Part shown: positions 41,310-50,434 of the stretch, in pieces | How the letters are laid out: each line of letters begins with the position of its first letter | Position numbering within the stretch: position 1 is the first letter of the stretch | Assembly (NCBI GenBank): GCA_041613315.1 | Contig: JBFJHJ010000023.1 | Location: forward strand, 1 to 51,145 | Direction of reading: 5' to 3' | From: Gemmatimonadales bacterium | Lineage (GTDB): Bacteria; Gemmatimonadota; Gemmatimonadetes; Gemmatimonadales; GWC2-71-9 | DNA length: 51,145 nt | Notes under the pieces: model-generated | Databases searched by the model: none | Seen by the model: only the letters and a program-made list of their open reading frames with translations | Told to the model about the DNA's origin: nothing | Program-made: the position numbers and the translations under genes

Positions 41310-42485
41310 CTAGCCCGACACGATCATCTCCGTCTGCGGCTTCGCGGGCGTCACCTCGGGCCCGTCACGACCGAGCACGACGTTGATCTCGCTCCGAACT
41401 CCGAACCGGCCCGGCAGATACACCCCCGGCTCGATCGAGAAGCCGATCCCGGGGAGCAGCTCCCGGACATCGTGCGTCTCGAAGTCGTCGAGATGCGGCC
41501 CGGAGCCGTGGATGTCGATCTCGATCGAGTGGCCCGTGCGGTGCACGAACGCGTCCGCGAAGCCGCGCTCACGGATCACGCCCCGGGCGACCTGGTCGAG
41601 ATCGGCCCCGGTGAGGCGCTCGCCAGCCCCGGTGGCGGATCGGAGCCGCTGGACAACCGCGTCGCGCGCGGTGACCACGGCGTCCCACACCCGCACGACC
41701 TCCTCCGGCACGACGGCGCCGGCGTACGCCATCCACGTCTGGTCCGCCCAGACGGTGCGGGCCGAGCGGCGAGCCCAGAGATCGAGCAGCACCACATGGC
41801 CCGCCTCGAGCACCGCGTCGGAGCCGGGCCGAGCGGCGTAGTGCGGATTCGCCGCGTTCGCGCCGAAGGCGACGACGGGCGGGTCCTCCGTCTCGAGTCC
41901 GCGAGCTGCCATCGCTTCCAACACGTGCTGTTGCACGTCGTACTCCCGGGCGCGGCCCACCTCGCGCACCACGCGGGCGAGGGTCGTGCGCGCGATCTCG
42001 GCCAGCGCGGTCGCGGCCGCGCGGTGGTCCTCCAGCTCCTGCGGCGACCACCGGGCGGCAAACTGTGTCACCAAGGGCGCCGAGGACACGATGGACGCTC
42101 CCAACCGTGAGAGGAGATCAGTGAGCCCGGCCGGCACGCGGTCGAGGTACGGCACCGCGTTCTCCGGGGACGTTTCCATCGCGATCCGGCGGCCCCGCAC
42201 CGTGGACGCGAGCCGCTGATGCAGGTCCTGCCAGGTCGAGTACACCTCGACCTCGCCCTCGAAGGCGCCGATCGAGCCGCGGTCGATGCCGTGAACCAGC
42301 ACGCGGGCTGGACCCACGGCCGGCAACCAGACGAAGAGCCGACGGGTGAGCATCCCCTGAATCTCGAGGACACGCCGGACGATCGGGTTGACGCGCTGAA
42401 AATCGTACAGGAGCCACCCGTCGAGGCCGCGCTGTTTCAGCGTCTCGGCGAGCCCCTCGAAGCGACGTCGCTGATCGGCTGCCAT
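41310..42485 (-). CDS. M24-family metallopeptidase (Xaa-Pro peptidase-like)
   Basis: LLDLWA, ADQTW, HRTGHS, HGSGPH, FSIEPGVY, GVRSE. Confidence 0.9.
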   Translation of the reverse strand: MAADQRRRFEGLAETLKQRGLDGWLLYDFQRVNPIVRRVLEIQGMLTRRLFVWLPAVGPARVLVHGIDRGSIGAFEGEVEVYSTWQDLHQRLASTVRGRRIAMETSPENAVPYLDRVPAGLTDLLSRLGASIVSSAPLVTQFAARWSPQELEDHRAAATALAEIARTTLARVVREVGRAREYDVQQHVLEAMAARGLETEDPPVVAFGANAANPHYAARPGSDAVLEAGHVVLLDLWARRSARTVWADQTWMAYAGAVVPEEVVRVWDAVVTARDAVVQRLRSATGAGERLTGADLDQVARGVIRERGFADAFVHRTGHSIEIDIHGSGPHLDDFETHDVRELLPGIGFSIEPGVYLPGRFGVRSEINVVLGRDGPEVTPAKPQTEMIVSG

Positions 42486-42487
42486 TC

Positions 42488-43126
42488 CTACCCCTCTCTG
42501 GCGCTCGCGGTCTGCCAGCGGCACTCGCGTTCACCGAGCGCGCGGCACGCCGGATGCACGACGGCACCGTCGAAGGTGGTGAACGTCCGCAGCAACGCCG
42601 CTGCGGCCGATCCGTAGAACGCACAGGCGCTTCCGCTGGGCGTGGCGTCGGCCGACGGGGGGTGGGAGGCCACGGCGCCGACGCGCTCACCCTCGCGACG
42701 GAGCACGAGCCCGAACACCCGCTGAGCCGCACGGCGTGCGAGCCGGAACCCCAATCGGTTCCGCAACCCGCGGGGGAGCAGCCGCTGTCCCAACCGCCCG
42801 GCGCGGCTGACGCGCGTCACCGCGTACTGCGCCGCGCGCCGGCCGGCATCGGTAAAGACCAGCGCCGCGTCGCTGCGGCGGCCGATCAGGCGCAGCAGCG
42901 CGATCGCCTCACCGGGCTCGACCCGGACGTCGCGGGCGGCGAGTTCCTGGTACCGCTCGATCTGCGCCGCAACGGTGGCGCTGGTGCCGAGGCGCTTGGT
43001 GGCCAGTTCTTGATGGTACTCGTCCATCCCGTTGGCGGCGGGAGCGTCCAGGTGCCGCATCGCTTCGAGCAGCGCCAGCGGCACAACGGCGTGGACGGGA
43101 GTGACCGTGGTAGCGGCAGTCGTCAC
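42488..43126 (-). CDS. Hypothetical protein with C-terminal V4R-like domain
   Basis: CAFY...HPACRALGERECRW fits the V4R Cys pattern. Start uncertain. Confidence 0.65.
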   Translation of the reverse strand: MTTAATTVTPVHAVVPLALLEAMRHLDAPAANGMDEYHQELATKRLGTSATVAAQIERYQELAARDVRVEPGEAIALLRLIGRRSDAALVFTDAGRRAAQYAVTRVSRAGRLGQRLLPRGLRNRLGFRLARRAAQRVFGLVLRREGERVGAVASHPPSADATPSGSACAFYGSAAAALLRTFTTFDGAVVHPACRALGERECRWQTASAREG

Positions 43127-43265
43127 GAACGATTCGACGAGAATGTCGACAAGTGGCGGGCAAGTTAGCGCATGGCAGTCGCCGATACCAGAGCCCGTTG
43201 CGCCGGACCGTTCGCAGGGCGATTCTACGCGGCACCCCGAACGAGACGCGGTGGGAGCGACGCAC

Positions 43266-43832
43266 GTGGCCAACGACCGCGAGGCGAAACGGCAGGCGTT
43301 CGAGCGGGAAGCACTCCCGCAGCTGGATGCCGTGTATCGAGTCGCCCTGCGACTCGCCGGCGACGAGTCTCAGGCGGACGACCTCACGCAGGAGACCATG
43401 CTGAAGGCGTTCCGCTCGTGGCATCAGTATCGTCCCGGCACGAACGTCCGTGCGTGGCTGTTCACCATCCTGCGACGCACCTTCATCAACGAATACCGTA
43501 AGGCCCGGCGGGCCGGCCCGACCGTGGACGTCTCGGAGATCGAGGCCTACACGGTGTTCGAGCAGGTTCAGGACACCGATCCGGAGGGCCGGTTCTTCGA
43601 CCAGCTCGTGGACGAGGACGTGCTCGCCGCGATCAACCGCCTCCCCGACGACTTCCGCGAAACCCTGGTGCTGAGCGACGTCGAAGGTCTCTCGTACGCG
43701 GAGATCGCGCAGATCACGAACGTGCCGGTCGGCACCGTGAAGTCTCGGCTGTTCCGGGCGCGCCAGTCGCTGCAAAAGGTGCTGTACGACTACGCCGTCG
43801 AGATGGGCTACATCGAGGAGCGAACGAAGTAA
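43266..43832 (+). CDS. ECF sigma-70 factor (SigR/SigH-like)
   Basis: ADDLTQETMLKAF, AWLFTI...FIN.YRK, LSDVEGLSYAEIA, GTVKSRLFRAR. GGGAG RBS before GTG. Confidence 0.93.
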   Translation: MANDREAKRQAFEREALPQLDAVYRVALRLAGDESQADDLTQETMLKAFRSWHQYRPGTNVRAWLFTILRRTFINEYRKARRAGPTVDVSEIEAYTVFEQVQDTDPEGRFFDQLVDEDVLAAINRLPDDFRETLVLSDVEGLSYAEIAQITNVPVGTVKSRLFRARQSLQKVLYDYAVEMGYIEERTK

Positions 43833-44095
43833 TGGCGACGCCCCGTCAGATCGACTGTCGTGACGCCCTCGACCGGCTCTACGAGTACCTCGACGGCGAG
43901 CTGACGGACGTGCGCGAGGAGGAGGTCCGTACGCACCTCGACCAGTGCGCGCCGTGTCTCGCCATCTCCCGCTTCGAGACCGCGTATCTGCGCTTCCTGG
44001 AGGCGCGGACCCGCGCGCAGGGCGCGCCCGAACAGGTCCGAAAGCGGCTGCTGCAGGAACTGCTGTTTGTCGAAGGCGGGCCGGAGGGACCGTGA
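43832..44095 (+). CDS. Zinc-binding anti-sigma factor (ZAS; RsrA/RshA-like)
   Basis: N-terminal Cys, LYEYLDGEL, HLDQCAPC (HxxxCxxC). Soluble. TAATG overlap with the sigma gene. Confidence 0.9.
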   Translation: MATPRQIDCRDALDRLYEYLDGELTDVREEEVRTHLDQCAPCLAISRFETAYLRFLEARTRAQGAPEQVRKRLLQELLFVEGGPEGP

Positions 44096-44865
44096 CGCTA
44101 CCCGCCGCGGTCGCCCTGGCCGGTGTCCTGGCGCTCGCGGCGTTCGCCGGCAGATGGCTGACGAAGGGGGGCGCGCTCGCCGCCCTGAGCCTCGGGACGA
44201 TCCTGCTGGCGGCCGGTGGTCTTCGGGGCGGCGCCCTGCTCGCCGTCTTTTTCGTCTCGGGCAGCATACTGACCTACACCGTCCGCGGCGGAGTCATCGC
44301 GCTGGCCGCGGGCGAGCGCCGGGGCCGCCATGCCTGGCAGGTGGCCGCGAACGGGAGCTGGGCGGCGGCCGGATCGGTGTTGCTGGCGCTGGGGCGTGAT
44401 GGGGTCGGCTGGGCCGCGCTGGTCGGCGCGCTGGCGGCCGCGCAGGCCGATACATGGGCGACGGAGATCGGCCGGTTCTCCCCCCGACCACCGCGGCTCC
44501 TGACCACGGGGCGAGCGGTGCCCATTGGAACGTCGGGCGCCGTCAGCCCGCTGGGGACTTTGGGCGGCGTCGTCGGCGGCGCCCTGATGGCCGGCCTCGC
44601 CTGGGCACTCGGCATCTCGGGCGAAATCGCCGCAGCGGCCCTGGCGGGAGGCGTCCTGGGAATGACGGCGGACTCCCTCCTGGGTGCGACCGTGCAGGCG
44701 GTTTATTACTGTGAAGTATGCGCCGCCCGGACCGAGTCGCCCCGCCATGCCTGCGGACGGGCCGCCGTCGCGGTGGGGGGCTGGAAATGGCTGGACAACC
44801 ATGCCGTGAACTTCGTGGCAACCGGCGTCGGTGCCGCGTCGGCCGTGGCGTTGTCTTTCTGGTGA
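44092..44865 (+). CDS. DUF92 (TMEM19/VTE6-like) membrane protein
   Basis: QVAANG, ADTWATEIG, GTSGAVS.LG, DSLLGATVQ, LDNHAVNF, plus a CEVC...HAC knuckle. Confidence 0.88.
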   Translation: MTLPAAVALAGVLALAAFAGRWLTKGGALAALSLGTILLAAGGLRGGALLAVFFVSGSILTYTVRGGVIALAAGERRGRHAWQVAANGSWAAAGSVLLALGRDGVGWAALVGALAAAQADTWATEIGRFSPRPPRLLTTGRAVPIGTSGAVSPLGTLGGVVGGALMAGLAWALGISGEIAAAALAGGVLGMTADSLLGATVQAVYYCEVCAARTESPRHACGRAAVAVGGWKWLDNHAVNFVATGVGAASAVALSFW

Positions 44866-45233
44866 CGGTCCTCGCCGCGTGCGACCCGAACCCGACCCGG
44901 CTCCCGACCGGACTGGGAGTCGGCGGCGGCGGCGCGTCGTCCTCGTCCATCAGCGGCACCTGGCGGCGCACGCTCGTCGTGACGACCGCGGACGACGTGA
45001 TCACATCCGAGACCACGTGGACTTTCGGCCCCGGCGGCGGGTGCGAGCGCACGGTCGTCACCACGTCCGTCCTTGCCGGCAGCTCGGACACCGAGCGGGC
45101 TCCGTGCACCTACCGGCTGGACGGCAGCACCATCACGATCACCTTCACGACCGGAACGCCGGTCACCTTCAGCGTCCGCGTGACGGGTGACCGGCTGTTC
45201 CTGGACGGGGTGGAGTTCATCCGGGTCGGGTGA
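44787..45233 (+). CDS. Hypothetical lipoprotein (lipocalin-like beta-rich)
   Basis: Basic N-region, VVFLVTVLAA-C lipobox, Gly/Ser linker, ISGTW motif, Thr-rich beta strands, Cys pair. Confidence 0.65.
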   Translation: MAGQPCRELRGNRRRCRVGRGVVFLVTVLAACDPNPTRLPTGLGVGGGGASSSSISGTWRRTLVVTTADDVITSETTWTFGPGGGCERTVVTTSVLAGSSDTERAPCTYRLDGSTITITFTTGTPVTFSVRVTGDRLFLDGVEFIRVG

Positions 45234-45286
45234 CTGGTGGCCCGGATGGGGTGCACGCCATTCTCTGGCTCGAGGAGAACCCCATA

Positions 45287-45976
45287 ATGAAGAGCATCGC
45301 CCGGCCGCTGGCGGCCGAATTCCTAGGAACGTTCGGCCTGGTATTCGTCGGAGCCGGCGTCGTGGTCGTGGACGTAGCGGAAGGAGGCGCCCTGGGAATC
45401 ACCGGGATCGCGCTGGCGCACGCCCTCGTACTCGCCATCATGGTGACGGTCACGATGAACATCTCGGGCGGGCACCTCAACCCGGCGGTCACGCTCGGGC
45501 TCTGGCTGGCGAAGAAGATCGACCTGCCGAGAGGCGCTCTGTACGTGGTGACCCAGCTCGCCGCCGGGATCGCCGCCGCCTTCCTCGTCAAGCTCCTCCT
45601 CCCGACGCTGGCCGGGCAGACGAGCGGATACGGCGTGCCCAGGATCTCCGGCCTGCTCACCGGGACGCAGGCGATCGTCATCGAGGCGATTCTCACGCTG
45701 TTCCTCGTGAGCGCCATGTTCGGCACGGTGGTGTCGCGGGAGGCGCCGAAGGTGGGGGGGTTCGGCATCGGGCTCGTCCTCTTGTTCGCTATGCTCGTGG
45801 GGGGGCCGCTCACCGGAGCGGCGGTCAACCCGGCCCGGGCGCTCGGGCCGGCGCTCGTGGCCCAGGAGTGGCACGGCCACGTGATTTACTGGGTGGGCCC
45901 GCTCGCCGGCGGGTTGCTGGCCGGGCTGCTGTGGAAGTTCGTGTTGCTACCGGATGAAGGCGGGTCGGCGGCGTAG
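45287..45976 (+). CDS. MIP/aquaporin family channel
   Basis: AEFLGTF, SGGHLNPAVT, AVNPARALGPA, YWVGP. GAGGAG RBS. Confidence 0.95.
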   Translation: MKSIARPLAAEFLGTFGLVFVGAGVVVVDVAEGGALGITGIALAHALVLAIMVTVTMNISGGHLNPAVTLGLWLAKKIDLPRGALYVVTQLAAGIAAAFLVKLLLPTLAGQTSGYGVPRISGLLTGTQAIVIEAILTLFLVSAMFGTVVSREAPKVGGFGIGLVLLFAMLVGGPLTGAAVNPARALGPALVAQEWHGHVIYWVGPLAGGLLAGLLWKFVLLPDEGGSAA

Positions 45977-45993
45977 TCGGCGCGGCGCTCCTC

Positions 45994-46962
45994 CTACCCC
46001 AACCGCTCGGCCATCTGCTCGGCGGCATAGGTGATGATGATGTCCGCGCCCGCGCGCCGAAGCGCGAGGAGGGATTCCTCCATCGCCATCGGGCCGTCGA
46101 GGGCGCCGGCCTCCGCGGCCAGCATGAGCATCGCGTACTCCCCGCTCACCTGATAGGCGGCCAGGGGTGCGCCGAACCGCTCCTTTGCTCGGCGGATGAT
46201 ATCGAGGCACGGAAGCCCCGGCTTGACCATGATGATGTCGGCGCCCTCGTCGAGGTCGAGCGCGATCTCGCGCATCGCCTCATCCGCGTTGGCGGGATCC
46301 ATCTGGTACGGGCGCCGATCGCCGAACTGGGGTGTGCTGCCCGCTGCTTCGCGGAACGGACCGTAAAAGGCCGACGCATACTTCGCAGCGTAGGCCATGA
46401 TCGGCGCCCACTCGTACCCGGCCGAGTCGAGCCCCTGGCGGATCGCCGCCACGCGCCCGTCCATCATGTCGCTCGGCGCGACGAGATCGGCGCCCGCCGC
46501 GACGTGCGACACCGCCGTCCGCGCCAGCAACTCGAGCGTCGCATCGTTGTCCACGGCCCCGTCCCGGACGAGACCGCAGTGCCCGTGCGACGTGTACTCG
46601 CACAAACACACGTCCGTCGCGACCAGCAGGTCCGGCGCCGCGTCCTTCATCGCCCGGACCGCCTGCTGCACGACACCGTCCGCCGCGTAGGCGCCGCTGC
46701 CCAGGTCGTCCTTGCGGTCGGGAATGCCGAACACGAGGACGCCGCCCACCCCTCGGTTCAGTGCGCGACGGGCCATGTCGCCGGCTGCCGCGACGGCATG
46801 CCGCCGCACCCCCGGCATGCCGGCGATGGGCGACGGCGCTCCGGCGGTGACGAACAGCGGCCACACGAGCTGTGCCGGATCGAGCCGGGTCTCCTGGACT
46901 AGCCGCCGCAGCGCCGCCGTGCGCCGCAGCCGGCGCATGCGCACGGTGGGGAAGCCGCTCAT
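45994..46962 (-). CDS. hemB: Porphobilinogen synthase (Zn-type)
   Basis: RMRRLR, DVCLCEYTSHGHCG, APSDMMDGR, SAFYGPFR, MVKP, YQVSGEY. Confidence 0.97.
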   Translation of the reverse strand: MSGFPTVRMRRLRRTAALRRLVQETRLDPAQLVWPLFVTAGAPSPIAGMPGVRRHAVAAAGDMARRALNRGVGGVLVFGIPDRKDDLGSGAYAADGVVQQAVRAMKDAAPDLLVATDVCLCEYTSHGHCGLVRDGAVDNDATLELLARTAVSHVAAGADLVAPSDMMDGRVAAIRQGLDSAGYEWAPIMAYAAKYASAFYGPFREAAGSTPQFGDRRPYQMDPANADEAMREIALDLDEGADIIMVKPGLPCLDIIRRAKERFGAPLAAYQVSGEYAMLMLAAEAGALDGPMAMEESLLALRRAGADIIITYAAEQMAERLG

Positions 46963-47888
46963 CCCGCGCTCGCCGCTCGGTCCGCCGCCTGGCGGATCCG
47001 TTCCTCGGCGCCGGCTGCCAGGAGCTGGGCGGCCGCCTCGCGCCCGGCGGCGGCGGCATCGGCGCGGCCGACCGCGACCCTCGCCGTGAGCGGCGCCCGA
47101 CCGTCCACCGCGTAGACCGCGACCCGGAGCACCAGCCCGGTCCCCTCCCGGCGGCACCATGCGCCGATCGGCACGTCACAGCCCGTGTCCAGACCCGCCA
47201 GCGCGGCCCGCTCCGCCTCGATCGCGGCGCGCGCCTGCGGATCGTCGAGCGGGGTCACCTGCGCATAAACCGTCCGATCGCCGGCGCGCGCCTGCACCGC
47301 CAGGGCGCCCTGACCCGCCGCCGGCAACACCAGCACCGGGTCGATCGGCTCGGCCAGTGCCGCGAGGTCGAGGCGAAGGAGGCCGGCCATGGCGAGGATC
47401 GCCGCGTCGAGCGCGCCGTCCATCACGCGTCGCACCCGGGTCGGGACGTTGCCGCGAAGCGGCACGACTTCGAGGTCCGGCCGGGCCGCGGCGACGGCGG
47501 CGCGCCGGCGCGTGCTCGTGGTGCCGACACGCGCTCCGGTCGGCAGGTCCGCCAGTGCCGTTCGGTTGGCGCTCAGCACGGCGTCCCGGGGGTCGGCGCG
47601 CTCGGGGACGGCAGCGAGCACGAGCCCCGGCGGCAGCTCGATCATGAGGTCTTTCAACGAGTGAACGGCGAGATCGATCTGCTCGGCGAGGAGGGCGTCC
47701 TCGATCTCCTTCGTGAACAGGCCCTTTGCCGCCACACCCTGGGGGACGGGCGGCTGGTCCTCGTCACCCGTGGTCGCTAGGGCGATCAGTTCGGCGTTCA
47801 CCCCACGCGCCGCGAGCAGGGCGCGCACCCGCTCGGCTTGCCACCGTGCGAGCGCGCTGCGGCGCGTCCCGATCCGCAACACGCCCAC
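46959..47888 (-). CDS. hemC: Hydroxymethylbilane synthase
   Basis: IGTRRSALARWQ, KGLFTKE, AVHSLKD, LRGNVPTR, GQGAL, GCDVPIG. Confidence 0.96.
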   Translation of the reverse strand: MGVLRIGTRRSALARWQAERVRALLAARGVNAELIALATTGDEDQPPVPQGVAAKGLFTKEIEDALLAEQIDLAVHSLKDLMIELPPGLVLAAVPERADPRDAVLSANRTALADLPTGARVGTTSTRRRAAVAAARPDLEVVPLRGNVPTRVRRVMDGALDAAILAMAGLLRLDLAALAEPIDPVLVLPAAGQGALAVQARAGDRTVYAQVTPLDDPQARAAIEAERAALAGLDTGCDVPIGAWCRREGTGLVLRVAVYAVDGRAPLTARVAVGRADAAAAGREAAAQLLAAGAEERIRQAADRAASAG

Positions 47889-47896
47889 GGCCGCCG

Positions 47897-48007
47897 TCAG
47901 CGCTCCCGGCGCAGACGGTAGAGGAGCGTGAGAGCGTACCCCAGCACCACGAGGGCCGTGATGACGTATGCGGCCACCATGTAGCCGCCGTTGTCAGGCA
48001 CCTGCAT
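47897..48007 (-). CDS. ccmD: Heme exporter small subunit (CcmD-like, 36 aa)
   Basis: MQVPDNGGYMVAAYVITALVVLGYALTLLYRLRRER: Y..AAY, one TM and a basic tail, directly after ccmC. Confidence 0.7.
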   Translation of the reverse strand: MQVPDNGGYMVAAYVITALVVLGYALTLLYRLRRER

Positions 48008-48698
48008 CGAGGTCTCCCTCTTCCCGGGCTTCCCGCACCACGCCGAGCGCGTAGCGCTGCATGATGAACCCGACGTAGAGCAGGGTGAACACGGCAAGCG
48101 AGCTGAGCAGCGTCACCAACATCACCCCGGGCAGGGACGGCGCGCCCGGTTTCGCCACGATCGGCTCGGGATGGAGCGTTCGGAACCAGTACACCGTCAC
48201 GTGAATGAACGGCACGAGGACGAGCGCCAGCACCCCGAGCACCGCCGAGTACGTCGCACGGACTTCGCGGTCGCCCAACGCCCCCCGCAGCACCAGGTAC
48301 CCGGTGAACAGGAGGAAGATGAACAGCGTGGACGTGAGGCGCGCATCCCAGGTCCACCACGTACCCCAGATCGGCTTTCCCCAGATGGGCCCCGTCGTCA
48401 GCATGACGACCGAGAACGCGACGCCCACCTCGGCGGACGACGCGGCCACGACATCCAGGCGCCGGTCGCGGAGCAGCAGGTACAGCACGCTGAGCACGCC
48501 GGTGATGGTGAACGCGAGCAGCGCCGCCCAGGCAGCCGGCGCGTGCACATAGAAGATTTTCTGCGCGGGGCCCTGGAATCGCTCGATCGGCGTGAAGGCC
48601 AGGGCGCGCACGTACACGGCGGCGAGCCCGGCCAGGGCCACCGCCGTCAGGATCGTGCCGCGGCGCGCGGTGCGCCGGGCGCGTTCGAGCCGGGTCAT
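47994..48698 (-). CDS. ccmC: Heme exporter / cytochrome c biogenesis protein C
   Basis: IFYVH, WGKPIWGTWWTWDARLT (WWD domain), WFRTLHP. Confidence 0.95.
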   Translation of the reverse strand: MTRLERARRTARRGTILTAVALAGLAAVYVRALAFTPIERFQGPAQKIFYVHAPAAWAALLAFTITGVLSVLYLLLRDRRLDVVAASSAEVGVAFSVVMLTTGPIWGKPIWGTWWTWDARLTSTLFIFLLFTGYLVLRGALGDREVRATYSAVLGVLALVLVPFIHVTVYWFRTLHPEPIVAKPGAPSLPGVMLVTLLSSLAVFTLLYVGFIMQRYALGVVREAREEGDLDAGA

Positions 48699-49381
48699 TC
48701 GATCAATATCGCTTCGAAGAGAAGGACCGAGAGAACGACGAAGATTACATCGAATGCTGCCAGCATGCTAAGCCAGCCCGACAGCTCGGCCAGGGGGCGC
48801 GCGGCCAGGATGCGCCAGGTGAGTTGCACGGCGCTCACCACCGGGGGCAGCAGGAATGGAAGGAGCAGGACCGGCAGCATCACCTCGGAGAACCGGGTCC
48901 GGACCACCATCGCGCTGAGGAGCGTGCCCACGGCCACGAATCCGACGGTGGCCAGCGCCATGACGAGCAGCAGGACGGGGAGTCCCTGCCAGATCGCCAC
49001 GTCGTAGAACAGGACGAACAGGGGGAGTGAGACGAGCTCCACCACGCCGACGAACACCAGATTGCCCAGCATCTTGCCCAGGAACAGCGCGGTGGGCGAC
49101 GCGGGTGTGAGCCGGATGCCGTCGAGCGCGTGGTTCTCGCGCTCGAGCAGGAATGCCCGGTTGAGACCGAGCATCGCGGCGAAGCTAAAGGTGACCCAGA
49201 GCGCGCCGGGTGCCACGTCGAGCGTCGGTACCGCCGTGGCGTCGCGCGCGAAGAACAGGATCGCCAGGACGAGCACGGCGAACACCAGGGATGCGAGCAG
49301 CGCGGTCTTGGTGCGCCATTCGATGGCGAGGTCCTTCGCGGCGACCGCCCACGCGATCGCCACCGTCCGGCTACCCGGCAC
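48695..49381 (-). CDS. ccmB: Heme exporter protein B
   Basis: KDLAIEWR, PGALW, F..ERENHALDG, MLPVLLLP. Confidence 0.92.
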   Translation of the reverse strand: MPGSRTVAIAWAVAAKDLAIEWRTKTALLASLVFAVLVLAILFFARDATAVPTLDVAPGALWVTFSFAAMLGLNRAFLLERENHALDGIRLTPASPTALFLGKMLGNLVFVGVVELVSLPLFVLFYDVAIWQGLPVLLLVMALATVGFVAVGTLLSAMVVRTRFSEVMLPVLLLPFLLPPVVSAVQLTWRILAARPLAELSGWLSMLAAFDVIFVVLSVLLFEAILIE

Positions 49382-50051
49382 GGGCGAGGGCGCGGTATCG
49401 CTCGAGAATCTGACCGGCGTTGCGGGTGGCGAGCGGCTCCAGCGCGGCGAGCCGCCCGGCCACCAGATAGCCGATCCGAGTTGCGAGGGCGACCAGCTCC
49501 GCGAACTGGTGGCTCGCCACGACGACGGCCCCCCCGCGGACCCGCCGCTCCTCGAGCACGTTCAGCACGATGTCCGTGGCTGCCTCGTCGAGGCCGTTGA
49601 GCGGCTCGTCGAGGAGCAAGAGCGCCGGGTCGTCGAGCAGCGCCCTCGCGATCGCGAGCCGCTGGAGCATACCGCGGCTAAACGTGGCGATCCGTTGGTC
49701 GGCCACGGCGGCGAGGCCGAGCCGGTCGAGCAGGTGCGGTACTCGGCCGCGGTCGGCAACGCCGTGAAGCCGTGCGAAGAACGCGAGGTTCTCGCGGGCG
49801 GTGAGTGCGTCGTACAGCATTGAATGATGGGCCACGACGCCTGGGGGCGCGCACCGGACCACCTCCCCGCGGGTGGGCCGCACCAGTCCTGCGAGGACCC
49901 GCAGCAGGGTGGTCTTGCCGGCGCCGTTGTGTCCCACGAGGAGCATCACTTCGCCGGGCGCCACGCTGAGCGAAACGTCGCGCAGCACCCACCGTCCGCC
50001 GTAGCGCCGCGAGAGGCCACGCACGGCGACGGGCGGGTCAGCTGACTGCAT
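49371..50051 (-). CDS. ccmA: Heme exporter ATP-binding protein
   Basis: GHNGAGKTT, LTARENL, FSRGM signature variant, LLLDEP. Upstream of ccmBC. Confidence 0.9.
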   Translation of the reverse strand: MQSADPPVAVRGLSRRYGGRWVLRDVSLSVAPGEVMLLVGHNGAGKTTLLRVLAGLVRPTRGEVVRCAPPGVVAHHSMLYDALTARENLAFFARLHGVADRGRVPHLLDRLGLAAVADQRIATFSRGMLQRLAIARALLDDPALLLLDEPLNGLDEAATDIVLNVLEERRVRGGAVVVASHQFAELVALATRIGYLVAGRLAALEPLATRNAGQILERYRALARAG

Positions 50052-50406
50052 CAATGCGCTCGCCGAGCTCCGCGAGCTCGAAGGGCTTGACCAGATAGCC
50101 GCTGTGCGGCATCCCCAGCACTTGCACGAGCGGCTCCATGCTCAAGTAGGCCGTCGTAATGATGACGGGGAGCTCGGGGTCGGTCCCCCGAATGCGTCGC
50201 AGCAGCTCGATCCCGTCCGTGTCGGGGAGCCGCATGTCCAGCACGACGACCTCCGGCTTGAAGGCCGTGACCTGCGTCAGCGCCTCCTCACCGGTACCGG
50301 CGAAGGCGAGATCGTACCGCGCGCGGAAGAAGCGCTGGTACATCTTGCGGAGGTCCCCCTCGTCTTCGACGAAGAGGACGCGGCGGCGGGTCGTCTGGGC
50401 AGTCAT
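50038..50406 (-). CDS. Single-domain response regulator (receiver only)
   Basis: VLFVEDE, LDMRLPD.DG, ITTA, YLVKPF. Confidence 0.9.
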   Translation of the reverse strand: MTAQTTRRRVLFVEDEGDLRKMYQRFFRARYDLAFAGTGEEALTQVTAFKPEVVVLDMRLPDTDGIELLRRIRGTDPELPVIITTAYLSMEPLVQVLGMPHSGYLVKPFELAELGERIDAVS

Positions 50407-50434
50407 CGTGCGTGTGCGAAGGCAGAATATAGCA

